Below, in pieces: positions 1-8,642 of a DNA stretch of 64,000 bases. The stretch spans positions 85,932 to 149,931 of the forward strand of contig JBBTSO010000001.1 in NCBI GenBank assembly GCA_038064695.1. Reading direction: 5' to 3'. The DNA comes from Patescibacteria group bacterium (lineage in GTDB: Bacteria; Patescibacteriota; Minisyncoccia; Phycocordibacterales; Phycocordibacteraceae). Positions within the stretch are counted from its first letter, which is position 1, and every line of letters begins with the position of its first letter. The notes below the pieces were generated by a model. The model was not told the origin of the DNA, made no database searches, and saw only the letters and a program-made list of their open reading frames with translations. The position numbers and the translations under genes are program-made.

Positions 1-102
1 GATACGGGTGTTGCAGTATTCCAAGGCCTTGAAAACTTTAAACGGGTATACGATTCAATTAGCAACCTTCCCAACGGAAGCCGTGTTTTTGTTTTTCAAG
101 GA

Positions 103-510
103 GTGATTTCAGCTCAAAGTGCACTTTCGCACATCAGTAATAAATTTTTTTCCAAACTTCACCAAGCCATTAAAAAAAGGAAGATTATCACTGAAGCTGT
201 TACAGGAGAAAAAACACTGGCGTTGTTTGAGACGCTTCCCACCGAACTCCTTGAGTCCCACTGGGGTCGTGCCACTATTGTCCACGTTGTTCCTGATGAG
301 TACGCTTTTTTTGACGCAGATTTTTTTTCGGTTCAAGACAAACTCTACCTACTTAACTTTTCACAAGAGCTTGCCGTAATCATTTCCAACCCTGCTGTTA
401 CTCACGCATTTCACGCCCTTCTTGGTCTTGCTGTTCACGCAGGAAGACGTGTTGACCTTAACGGTCATATAGGCGCTATTTTAGAAAAAAGAAAATTAAA
501 TCTTCTTTAG
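103..510 (+). CDS. hypothetical protein (may be 5' truncated by window start)
   Basis: ORF of 135 aa with no recognised motif. Nothing rules out the reading frame continuing upstream of position 1. Confidence 0.3.
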   Translation: MISAQSALSHISNKFFSKLHQAIKKRKIITEAVTGEKTLALFETLPTELLESHWGRATIVHVVPDEYAFFDADFFSVQDKLYLLNFSQELAVIISNPAVTHAFHALLGLAVHAGRRVDLNGHIGAILEKRKLNLL

Positions 511-537
511 TTAACGGCGCTACGGTATAGTAACTGT

Positions 538-969
538 ATGGAGGTAACGTTGGAAAAAATGAGAGAATTCGCGGCGCAGTTTGTGGCGAGGTTGCCCAAA
601 GTTCCTGGTGAAAAGGCTCATATAGTGGGGCTTTCGGGTGATTTGGGTGCGGGGAAAACAACGTTTGTGCAGCACGTGGCGCGTGAACTTGGGGTGAAAG
701 AGCAGGTGACGAGTCCCACGTTTGTTATTGCGCAGGCATACCAAACGACGCACCCTCTCTTTACGCGCCTGGTGCATACGGACGCATATCGCCTTGAGGG
801 CGAAACCAAAGACACCGTGGGGTTTGAAGAGTTTTCACACGATCCCCACACCCTTATGCTCGTTGAGTGGCCGGAAAAATTACCTCGTGAGGCAATTTTT
901 CCGGCAGACGCCTCAGTGCTGAAGTTTGAGGTAGTGGATGATAACACAAGAAATATTTCTTATGCCTAA
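538..969 (+). CDS. tsaE: tRNA threonylcarbamoyladenosine biosynthesis protein TsaE (YjeE-type P-loop ATPase)
   Basis: P-loop GDLGAGKTTF, TsaE-like SPTF motif and the characteristic size of about 140 aa. Confidence 0.85.
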   Translation: MEVTLEKMREFAAQFVARLPKVPGEKAHIVGLSGDLGAGKTTFVQHVARELGVKEQVTSPTFVIAQAYQTTHPLFTRLVHTDAYRLEGETKDTVGFEEFSHDPHTLMLVEWPEKLPREAIFPADASVLKFEVVDDNTRNISYA

Positions 970-3364
970 AAAACAAAAGCCGATTTTGGTCTTGATTGAC
1001 TCCCACGCCATTATTCACCGTGCGTACCACGCGCTTCCTGAGTTGACTGACTCTAAAGGAAACCCTGCGGGTGCTTTGTATGGACTCGCCTCAATGTTGG
1101 TGAAGTTGATAAAAGAGCTCAAACCCGAACACATTGTGGCCGCGTATGACTTGGCAGGCCCCACGCACCGCCACGAAGTGTATGAAGACTACAAAGGCAC
1201 GCGTGCAAAAACAGACGACGCGCTCATTGCGCAGCTAGATCGTTCGCGTGATATTTTTGCCGCGTTCCACATTCCTATTTATGAAGCAAAAGGGTTTGAG
1301 GCAGACGACATTATTGGGACTCTCGCCACCACATTAAAAAAAGAATTTGACGTCGTTGTTGCTTCGGGCGATATGGACACGGTACAGTTGGTGGACGATG
1401 TAGGCGTGCGTGTCTTTACTCTTCGCAAAGGCCTTAACGACACCGTGATGTACGACGAGGCGGCGGTTATGGCGCGTTACGGGTTTGCGCCCGAGTTTAT
1501 TCCCGACTACAAAGGGTTTGCAGGCGATGCTTCCGACAACATCATCGGCATTTCTGGTATTGGCGAAAAAACGGCGACAAAACTCATTCAGGCGTACGGA
1601 AGTGTTGAGAATATTTACAAAGCGTTAGAAAAAAAACCGGAAGAATTTAAAGAAAAGACAGGGGTCACCGAGCGCGTTTTTAACTTGCTTCGCGACAACC
1701 AAGAAGAAGCTGAGTTTTCAAAAGTACTCGCCACTATACGCACCGATGCCCCCGTGGCGTTTGATGAAGAAGAAGCACACTGGCAAAAGAATTTTAGTAC
1801 TGACGCCGCAAAAAAACTTTTCACGGAACTTGGATTCAGGTCGTTGATCGCAAGAGTTGAGACTCTTGTGACAGGAAACAGTGATGAAGGGTCAGTAAAG
1901 AGTGAGAAAAAAGAACAGTTAGAAAAAACTGATGATTTGTCACCAATTCCTGTATACACCGCGGATTCCTTGCTTGCCAAGGAATCCGCGGTGATGCTCT
2001 GGCTTTTGCAGTCGGAAACCACAAACCCCTCTGTGGAAGATGTGCTCAACAACACGGACTCAAAAACATTAGAAGAAGCACACGAAAAACTGCTCCGTGA
2101 CCTCAAAAAAGAAAACCTTTTAGATATTTACGAGCGTATTGAAAAACCACTCGTTCGTGTGTTGGACGTAATGAACGCAAACGGTGTGTTAATTGACGCG
2201 CCGTATTTAAAAAATCTCTCCAAGGAGTACCACAAAGAGTTAGACGCGCTCGCAAAAGCGATTTTCAAAAAAGCAGGAAAAGAATTTAATATCAACTCAC
2301 CGAAACAGTTAGGCGAAGTGTTGTTCGTGCATATGGGTATCAAGCAGGCACGCGCGAAGAAAACCTCTACCGGCCAACTTTCTACCAAAGAGTCAGAACT
2401 TTTAAAACTTAAAGATGAAAACCCGATCATTGCTGACATTCTGGCGTACCGAGAACTCCAAAAACTACTTTCTACCTACATCGACGCTATTCCACCGCTT
2501 TTGGGCGAAGACGGTCGTTTGCATACCACCTTTATTCAAACAGGGGCGGCAACAGGCAGACTTGCCTCGCAAAACCCTGGGGTTCAGAATATCCCCGTCA
2601 AAACTGAGTTAGGGCGACGTATTCGTGGTGGGTTCGTTGCTCCAAAGGGCTCGGTGTTACTCGCGCTTGATTACTCGCAAATAGAGCTTCGCCTCGCCGC
2701 CATTCTTTCAGGGGACGAAAAGTTGAAACAGATTTTTATAAACGGGGAGGACGTACACACCGCCGTTGCCGCACGCGTGTTTGGCGTGGCGCCTGACGCA
2801 GTTGAGTATGAAATGAGACGCAGAGCAAAGGTCATTAACTTCGGCATTTTGTACGGTATGGGGGTGAATGCGCTTCGGGAACAGCTGGGAACGACCCGTG
2901 AGGACGCGCAGGCATTTCTTACGCGCTACTTTGAAACCTTTACGGAACTTGAGGCATACCTCACGAAAACAAAAGCAACCGCCACACGCCTCGGGTATAC
3001 CACCACCCTCTTCGGGCGAAAACGATTTTTCCCCGGACTCAAATCAAAACTCCCGTTCGTGCGCGCCTCATCCGAACGTATGGCGATTAACGCGCCCATG
3101 CAGGGGAGTCAGGCAGATATGATCAAACTCGCAATGGTTAATATCCAGGAGCGTATAGAAAAAGATTTTGCCGATACGGTGAAAATGGTACTTCAAATTC
3201 ACGACGAATTGATATTTGAAGTGAAAGACGACGCACTTTCTGTATTCACCCCCATCGCGCGGCATTTGATGGAGTCGGTACTGTCTAAAGAAGACGCGCA
3301 GGGCGTGCCCATTATTGTTTCAAGCGAAGCCGGTCCTTCGTGGGGGGAAATGAAGAGTATATAG
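962..3364 (+). CDS. polA: DNA polymerase I: 5'-3' exonuclease plus polymerase domains, 3'-5' exonuclease domain reduced
   Basis: Family A polymerase motifs DYSQIELR, RRRAKVINFGILYGM and QIHDELIFE. N-terminal FEN-like domain present. Start taken at ATG 962 (MPKKQKP) rather than 938, which overlaps tsaE. Confidence 0.93.
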   Translation: MPKKQKPILVLIDSHAIIHRAYHALPELTDSKGNPAGALYGLASMLVKLIKELKPEHIVAAYDLAGPTHRHEVYEDYKGTRAKTDDALIAQLDRSRDIFAAFHIPIYEAKGFEADDIIGTLATTLKKEFDVVVASGDMDTVQLVDDVGVRVFTLRKGLNDTVMYDEAAVMARYGFAPEFIPDYKGFAGDASDNIIGISGIGEKTATKLIQAYGSVENIYKALEKKPEEFKEKTGVTERVFNLLRDNQEEAEFSKVLATIRTDAPVAFDEEEAHWQKNFSTDAAKKLFTELGFRSLIARVETLVTGNSDEGSVKSEKKEQLEKTDDLSPIPVYTADSLLAKESAVMLWLLQSETTNPSVEDVLNNTDSKTLEEAHEKLLRDLKKENLLDIYERIEKPLVRVLDVMNANGVLIDAPYLKNLSKEYHKELDALAKAIFKKAGKEFNINSPKQLGEVLFVHMGIKQARAKKTSTGQLSTKESELLKLKDENPIIADILAYRELQKLLSTYIDAIPPLLGEDGRLHTTFIQTGAATGRLASQNPGVQNIPVKTELGRRIRGGFVAPKGSVLLALDYSQIELRLAAILSGDEKLKQIFINGEDVHTAVAARVFGVAPDAVEYEMRRRAKVINFGILYGMGVNALREQLGTTREDAQAFLTRYFETFTELEAYLTKTKATATRLGYTTTLFGRKRFFPGLKSKLPFVRASSERMAINAPMQGSQADMIKLAMVNIQERIEKDFADTVKMVLQIHDELIFEVKDDALSVFTPIARHLMESVLSKEDAQGVPIIVSSEAGPSWGEMKSI

Positions 3365-3390
3365 TATTTTGTATAGAGTATTTAGTATGG
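3363..3390. repeat. heptad-periodic ATACTNN array (inverted copy) abutting the start codon of the IVS-family gene
   Basis: Reverse complement reads atactaa-atactct-atacaaa-atactat. It pairs with the direct copy at 3761-3790. Confidence 0.6.
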
Positions 3391-3755
3391 GAATCAAACA
3401 TTTCTCAGAACTCGATGCTTGGAAGAAAGGGCACACGCTCGTTCTTCTTGTCTACGAATATACAAAAAATTTTCCTGATGATGAGCGGTTCGGTCTAGTT
3501 AATCAAATGCGCAGAGCTGCCGTATCAATTACCTCAAATATTGCCGAAGGCTTTGGAAGAACAACCATCAACGATAAAGTACATTTCTATACCATGGCAA
3601 AGACGTCGCTTTCAGAGATTGAAAACCAAATGCTAATAGCCAAAGACCTTGACTACGTGGCCACAAATATCTATGAGCAATTTAAAACTCTGGTCGATGA
3701 AGAACATCGCCTCCTGGGGGGTCTAATGAAATCGGCACGTTCAAAAACGCACTAA
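3387..3755 (+). CDS. four-helix-bundle protein of the 23S rRNA intervening-sequence family
   Basis: About 120 aa helical protein (GIKHFSELDAWKKGH...MRRAAVSITSNIAEGFGR) typical of the TIGR02436-like family. ATG at 3387 preferred over TTG at 3369. Confidence 0.7.
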   Translation: MGIKHFSELDAWKKGHTLVLLVYEYTKNFPDDERFGLVNQMRRAAVSITSNIAEGFGRTTINDKVHFYTMAKTSLSEIENQMLIAKDLDYVATNIYEQFKTLVDEEHRLLGGLMKSARSKTH

Positions 3756-3760
3756 TGCTC

Positions 3761-3790
3761 GATACTAAATACTGAATACTCTATACTGTG
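3761..3790. repeat. heptad-periodic ATACTNN array (direct copy) upstream of the holA-like start
   Basis: gatactaaatactgaatactctatactgtg gives four 7-bp repeats of ATACTNN and is the inverted partner of 3363-3390. Confidence 0.6.
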
Positions 3791-3793
3791 TGT

Positions 3794-4480
3794 ATGCTCC
3801 ACTTGCTTATTGGTGTTGATGTCGTGGCGGCAAAAGCCGAGGCGCGCAAGCGCGCCAAGGGGGAAGTGGTCGTATTTGGCGAAGGCGCGCAGTCATTCGA
3901 CACGGCGCTTTCATACCTTGGTTCACAAGGACTTTTTGCGCCAAAAATTTCACTCCTATTTGACCGCGCGCTTGAATCTGCTGAAGGAAAAGCACTATTT
4001 GAAGAACACGCAGAAACACTCCATTCGCATGATACGGATGTATTTGTGATTGAAACGTCACTGAACGCGGAAGTAAAAAAACTTTTTCCTAAAGGTGTTG
4101 AGGTAACAGACTTTGGGAAAAAAGAAGCGGAGGAAAAGCCGATGCCGTTTACGCTCACTGATTTATTTATGGCAGGCGACCGAAAAGGTGCGTGGATTGA
4201 ATACCAAAAACTTCTGGGGCAGGGACTTTCAGCAGAGGAAATTCACGGAACGCTTTCGTGGGCAGTGCGCAGTGCGCTTTTGTCAGCAAAAACAAAAAGC
4301 GCGGACGAGGCAGGGTTAAAACCATTCGTGTACACAAAATCAAAACGTTTCGCGGAAAAGCTCGGCGTCAATGTCGTTGAAAACCTTTCACGAAAGCTTG
4401 TCCACATTTACCACCGTGCCCGTGCGGGCCAGGGAGATATGACGCTCGGAATTGAGAAATTGATTCTGGAAAAAAGTTAA
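3794..4480 (+). CDS. holA: DNA polymerase III delta subunit-like protein (short)
   Basis: N-terminal LLIGVD resembles the delta-subunit start. Helical C-terminal region (LSWAVRSALL, LVHIYHRARAG). Located next to polA. Confidence 0.5.
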   Translation: MLHLLIGVDVVAAKAEARKRAKGEVVVFGEGAQSFDTALSYLGSQGLFAPKISLLFDRALESAEGKALFEEHAETLHSHDTDVFVIETSLNAEVKKLFPKGVEVTDFGKKEAEEKPMPFTLTDLFMAGDRKGAWIEYQKLLGQGLSAEEIHGTLSWAVRSALLSAKTKSADEAGLKPFVYTKSKRFAEKLGVNVVENLSRKLVHIYHRARAGQGDMTLGIEKLILEKS

Positions 4481-4839
4481 ATTGTTTTTAAAATTTCGCC
4501 TAACTTTGCAATCATTTCTTCAGAATTTTCGTACTCAAAACGCTGAGTAACAACGTTGTCTACGGAAAATGAGACGTGAGCACCTTTTTCAGACATCGCG
4601 ATTACCGGTACACCAAACGCATCTGCCCACCCCATTTCAATGCCTGTTCCGAGCGAGGGACGCGAAACTTCAGCAACAAGCACATCAGCTCCTCGAATCA
4701 TATCTCGCGTGATTTCCTCCACTTCACCCTCGTGGGGAAGTAGAATTTCATGCTCAGTGTTGAGCGAAGAGGTGCGGAATGGTTCGTAAATCTTATTTTT
4801 AAAATCAAAGTCGCTTGAGTGAGCAATGTAGATTTGCAT
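4477..4839 (-). CDS. nucleoside 2-deoxyribosyltransferase-like protein
   Basis: GTGIEMGWA...GVPVIA resembles the NDT active-site region (G.G.E.GYA...GKPV). The MQIYIAHS N-terminus fits the family fold. Confidence 0.5.
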   Translation of the reverse strand: MQIYIAHSSDFDFKNKIYEPFRTSSLNTEHEILLPHEGEVEEITRDMIRGADVLVAEVSRPSLGTGIEMGWADAFGVPVIAMSEKGAHVSFSVDNVVTQRFEYENSEEMIAKLGEILKTI

Positions 4840-4985
4840 ATAAAAAGTATAACAAAAATAGGAAACGTCTCATAACGCTCCGACCCGGACTTTGTCGTCA
4901 CGAATAATTACTCGTCAGCCCTCGTAATTTTCGCGACCCCGGCTCACGGTCTCGTCTGCTGACTCGACATCGTTCCGCCTCGGAC

Positions 4986-5016
4986 AAAATCATAAAACCT
5001 GCCGCAGGGCAGGTGT
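4986..5016 (-). terminator. intrinsic terminator downstream of tRNA-Lys
   Basis: In the minus sense the sequence reads cctgcc-ctgc-ggcagg followed by ttttatgatttt. Confidence 0.55.
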
Positions 5017-5028
5017 TTATGTATTTTG

Positions 5029-5101
5029 TCCGCCCGCTTGGGATCGAACCAAGGACCTTCTCCTTAAAAGGGAGCTGCTCTACCGGCTGAGCTACGGGCG
5101 G
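5029..5101 (-). tRNA. tRNA-Lys (anticodon TTT)
   Basis: Manual fold of the reverse complement: acceptor CCGCCCG/CGGGCGG, D arm GCTCAGCCGGTAGAGC, anticodon loop CTTTTAA, T arm CTTGGTTCGATCCCAAG. CCA is not encoded. Confidence 0.85.
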
Positions 5102-5139
5102 AAGTTGCTCACGAAAATGATGCGGAGCATCGGTTTTGT

Positions 5140-5262
5140 GAGAGAAAGAAAAAGGATGTTTATATACTTTTTCTTGAACAAACAAAACCGTTCGGGAGTA
5201 AATTTTGTTAGAACGCCCCGCCCGTATGAACCGGCTCTGCAAGCCGACGTCATACGGGCGGA
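5140..5262 (-). promoter_or_regulatory. conserved tRNA upstream module (hairpin plus promoter-like segment), copy 1
   Basis: Shares an ordered run of blocks with 17690-17830: ccgcccgtatga...tcatacgggcgg hairpin, ttttgt.agaacgc, acaaaa, tttat.ta. It lies about 40-160 bp upstream of the tRNA-Lys 5' end. Confidence 0.45.
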
Positions 5263-5322
5263 TGTTTGAAATTATGCCTTACTTTTTTACTTTTTTCCAG
5301 CGTTCGTTGTTATACTAACTAT

Positions 5323-5868
5323 ATGACCTTCGTTTTTATTACCGGCCCCATGAAGAGCGGGAAGTCGCTGGAACTGATCGCCCGCGTAGCCCCCTTTGCA
5401 TTTGCCGATAAAAAAATTCTCTACGTTTCACCTGGGCGCAATGTTCGTGAATCAAATGTTCAGTCACGTCTTGGCATCAACGCTGAGGCGATGGTGGCGA
5501 GTTCGCTCAGCGAAATTCCTAGCACCTTTGATGTCGTGGGGGTTGATGAAGTGCACATGTTTGACGAAACAGACGCTCCCATTATTGAGCAGTGGGTGAA
5601 GGGAGGAAAGGATGTTTTTATAAGTGGACTGGATTTAGATTACCGTGGCGGCATGATTCCCATTGTGCAGAGAATTTTTGAATTTCGCCCTGATACCGTG
5701 TTGATGAAAAATGCTGTGTGCGAAGTGTGTCACGTGTACGACGCGCGGTTCACTCAAATTTTAAAAGATGGTGTGGCTGTGCGTGGCGGACTTCCTCCCG
5801 TGGTGCCGGATGATGGGAGTTATCAATATGAGACACGATGCCGCGCGTGTTTTATGAAATCAAACTAG
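5323..5868 (+). CDS. tdk: thymidine kinase
   Basis: P-loop FITGPMKSGKS, VVGVDEVHMF and a C-terminal zinc ribbon (CEVC...CRAC). ATG at 5323 is preceded by ttatact 7 bp upstream. Confidence 0.9.
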   Translation: MTFVFITGPMKSGKSLELIARVAPFAFADKKILYVSPGRNVRESNVQSRLGINAEAMVASSLSEIPSTFDVVGVDEVHMFDETDAPIIEQWVKGGKDVFISGLDLDYRGGMIPIVQRIFEFRPDTVLMKNAVCEVCHVYDARFTQILKDGVAVRGGLPPVVPDDGSYQYETRCRACFMKSN

Positions 5869-6218
5869 TACGGGAGATCAAACGCGATTGCGCCAGCGCC
5901 AGTTAAAACGAGTGTTGCCAAAATAGAAATGGCAAGTATTTTTTCTCGCCAGCCTTCTTTAGGGGCGTCTACCCCAAGCCACATGCCACGTAAAAAAACG
6001 ACCAGTATGCCAAACACGGCAACGAGTTGAGTGAGAAGACCCGCAGCAAAGAAGAGCGCAAACGCGAGCTCTTTGATCGCGAGGAGTTTACTCTTCTGAG
6101 TCTTTAGCATCCACATGCCGTAGGCGTGAAAGAGGAAGTACAACCCAATGCCTGCACGAAGCAGCACAGGGGCAAAGTAGGGGCCTAGAAATAGTAAGTC
6201 TGGAAAAATTGCGTTCAT
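5865..6218 (-). CDS. DoxX family membrane protein
   Basis: About 117 aa with 3-4 predicted transmembrane helices and DoxX-like composition. Confidence 0.55.
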   Translation of the reverse strand: MNAIFPDLLFLGPYFAPVLLRAGIGLYFLFHAYGMWMLKTQKSKLLAIKELAFALFFAAGLLTQLVAVFGILVVFLRGMWLGVDAPKEGWREKILAISILATLVLTGAGAIAFDLPY

Positions 6219-6223
6219 ATGTT

Positions 6224-6257
6224 CAGTATAGAGTATTGAGTATAAAGTATACAGTAT
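6224..6257. repeat. heptad-periodic ATACTNN array filling the 37-bp divergent spacer between DoxX and trmH
   Basis: Reverse complement reads atactgt-atacttt-atactca-atactct-atactg. Both flanking genes start within 8 bp of the array. Confidence 0.6.
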
Positions 6258-6735
6258 GGCTCAAAATATATTTCTCATCATTCACAACGTGCGGAGTGCT
6301 CACAATGTGGGTTCCTTGTTCCGCACCGCTGACGGCATGGGGGTATCAAAAATACTTTTGACAGGCTACACCGGTGCGCCCGTCGATCGTTTTAATAGAA
6401 AAGATTTAAAAATTGCGAAAGTTTCGCTTGGCGCGGAGGATGTGGTGCCGTGGGAAAAGAAAGATATTTTTGAATTGATTTATGATTTACGAAGTAAGGG
6501 TGTAGAGGTTGTGGCACTTGAACAAAGTGCACAGTCTATCTCGCTTGATTCTTTTGTCCCAAAAGGGCCGGTTGCGCTTATTGTGGGGAACGAGATAGAG
6601 GGAGTTACTGAAGATGTGCTGGCTCTTTGCGACGCTGTGATTGAAATCCCCATGAAGGGGGGAAAGGAGTCGCTCAACGTCTCAAACGCTGGCGCTATTG
6701 CGCTCTATCAGTTGTCACAAAAATTGGAATTCTAA
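6256..6735 (+). CDS. SpoU/TrmH family RNA 2'-O-methyltransferase
   Basis: C-terminal SPOUT motif IEIPMKGGKESLNVSNAGAIALYQL. Confidence 0.8.
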   Translation: MAQNIFLIIHNVRSAHNVGSLFRTADGMGVSKILLTGYTGAPVDRFNRKDLKIAKVSLGAEDVVPWEKKDIFELIYDLRSKGVEVVALEQSAQSISLDSFVPKGPVALIVGNEIEGVTEDVLALCDAVIEIPMKGGKESLNVSNAGAIALYQLSQKLEF

Positions 6736-6738
6736 TAA

Positions 6739-6765
6739 GGATTTGAAAAAATTTTTTTCAAATCC
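6739..6765. terminator. bidirectional hairpin terminator between convergent genes
   Basis: Perfect palindrome ggatttgaaaaaatttttttcaaatcc. A second hairpin (gcaatacaaaaa/tttttgtattgc) sits at 6786-6812. Confidence 0.5.
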
Positions 6766-6828
6766 TTGCTAACTTCCTCGACTCAAGCAATACAAAAAAC
6801 TTTTTGTATTGCTCCTCGTTCTACGTCG

Positions 6829-7821
6829 TTAGTAATCCACCGAGTCAATCACTAAGCCGTTTTCATCAAGCAAGCGAATGCGCTCGCGAGTGTTTTTCCA
6901 TAGCTCTTGGTCGCGGTCTAGGTAAATGCGCCACTCATTGTCATAAAAGTTTGTCTCGTTTTTGTACGCGGCCACACAGGCGCTATAGGTGAGGTCTTCC
7001 AAAATAAAGTTTCGACACTGCCCACCAATATTTTGGGGGATTTCGCTCAGGGTACTGCGACACCGCGGAATATTTTCTACAAAGCTAATGCATGCTTCAC
7101 TTGGTACAAAACTTGCCGTGATGGTGTCTGCGAGCACGTCTTCGGGTGCAGGGCACGCTTCTTCAAGGTCGGGTTCAAAGGCTTGGAACTGCGCAAAGTA
7201 GCCGGTGCACACGTTGGTGCGGAATGAGGTGCCAATAGGGGAGCGTCCTGTTACTACATAGATGGTGCTGCCGGGCGAAACCGCCACCGGAGATTCCACG
7301 TTCACCTGCCCCGAATAGGGAAGGTACGCAGCGTTCCCCAACGTTACTCCGAGCGTTGAAACCGTTGAATCAAGACGCCACGATGAAACAACCAGTCGAT
7401 CAGAAATATTTTTTCCAATTTTGATGGTGACATACTCTCCTTCGGGGTCAGTGTCACGAGCTCGTCCGATGCTCAAAGAAACGTCATTCGCGTAGGGGGA
7501 GGTAGATTCATTTATTTCTCCAAATCCGCTTCGAATTCTTTTAATAATACTGTCCAGTGAGTTTTCGGCGTCACGGTCACGGTCGGTGAGATTGGATTCA
7601 CTCGATTCAGGAATGGTGACCCCCGGAATCCCAAAGTCGGTGAGTGAGTACCCCGTTTCATTTCCTAGAGGGAAGGGAGGATTAAGGAAGGGTCCTGAAC
7701 GCGAGATGGCTCGGTCAGGGCCTCCCGTTAACGCCCACACAATTCCAAGCACGACTAAAAAAAAGATAAAAAATAAGAGATCAGTACCAGCGCCACCCTT
7801 TGGTTGTTTCATGGTATGCAT
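6829..7821 (-). CDS. membrane-anchored extracellular protein, possible lamin-tail-like domain
   Basis: N-terminal TM helix (LLFFIFFLVVLGIVW). The GEYVTIKIGKN...LVVSSWRLDS region resembles an LTD fold. No close family recognised. Confidence 0.4.
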   Translation of the reverse strand: MHTMKQPKGGAGTDLLFFIFFLVVLGIVWALTGGPDRAISRSGPFLNPPFPLGNETGYSLTDFGIPGVTIPESSESNLTDRDRDAENSLDSIIKRIRSGFGEINESTSPYANDVSLSIGRARDTDPEGEYVTIKIGKNISDRLVVSSWRLDSTVSTLGVTLGNAAYLPYSGQVNVESPVAVSPGSTIYVVTGRSPIGTSFRTNVCTGYFAQFQAFEPDLEEACPAPEDVLADTITASFVPSEACISFVENIPRCRSTLSEIPQNIGGQCRNFILEDLTYSACVAAYKNETNFYDNEWRIYLDRDQELWKNTRERIRLLDENGLVIDSVDY

Positions 7822-8642
7822 TATACCCTCGTCCAGTGGTCATCAAACGCATCTTCCATAAACCCTGCGATTGCCTGATTTTCAACCATAACTCCCACGT
7901 TATCTTTAAAAGAGAAGAGATATATACGGTTCCCGATCAAATAAATGCCAGCGTTCTGTTCGTCGATGTCGAGATGTTTAATGTCACGTCCCAGTCGTGT
8001 TGACTCGTCGGTGATACGAAAGTCGTCGGGACCTTTCGCAATAAAAAGTTTAGTGATAACCCCCATCGCACTTCGTTTCTTCAAAAATGAACGGATATAC
8101 TCTTCGAGTCCACGTGTTTCCGCAAGAAAGTTGACTCCATATCCGCGAAACCGTTTGTACTTTCCGCGCCTATAGAGGTCAAGCATACTGTCAAATAAGT
8201 GTTCAAGTCCGAGCGACCCTTCATAGTACGTAACGGAGGGAAGTGCAGTGATATTTGACTCGAGGGCTACAGAAGGGGAGAGCCCCGTCTCCAGTGATCG
8301 TTCGATACGTTTGAGTCGTGACTGTTCGTTTTTTATAAATCGGGCAAGGTGGCGATAATCACACACAAAATAACGAATGCCTCCGCGTACAGTTGACGTT
8401 ACTAATCCTTGCTCGCCGAATCGTTTTAAAATGGAATACACCGTTTGACGTGGCTCATCGGTTTTCTTTCCAATGATTGATGCCCGCGCACTTTTTTCTT
8501 CAAGTAACGCCAACGCCACTTTTACTTCCCGTTTTGAAAAGCGAAGGGCAGTCAAAATATCCTCAACATTACCGAAGTCAAAAACGGCTTTACTTCTGAC
8601 CATATCACCATATATACCATAAGTGACGAAAAAATTCGTCAC
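7821..8642 (-). CDS. TrmB-family transcriptional regulator
   Basis: N-terminal wHTH (TVYSILKRFGEQGLVT) plus a C-terminal TrmB-like domain. Confidence 0.5.
   Translation of the reverse strand: MTNFFVTYGIYGDMVRSKAVFDFGNVEDILTALRFSKREVKVALALLEEKSARASIIGKKTDEPRQTVYSILKRFGEQGLVTSTVRGGIRYFVCDYRHLARFIKNEQSRLKRIERSLETGLSPSVALESNITALPSVTYYEGSLGLEHLFDSMLDLYRRGKYKRFRGYGVNFLAETRGLEEYIRSFLKKRSAMGVITKLFIAKGPDDFRITDESTRLGRDIKHLDIDEQNAGIYLIGNRIYLFSFKDNVGVMVENQAIAGFMEDAFDDHWTRV

Noticed and set aside
1615-2106. 163-aa ORF antisense within polA
   Set aside because: polA carries all family A motifs across this stretch. The antisense ORF is serine-rich noise.
4898-5242. 114-aa minus-strand ORF spanning tRNA-Lys and its upstream module
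   Set aside because: It overlaps a confidently folded tRNA and conserved noncoding blocks.
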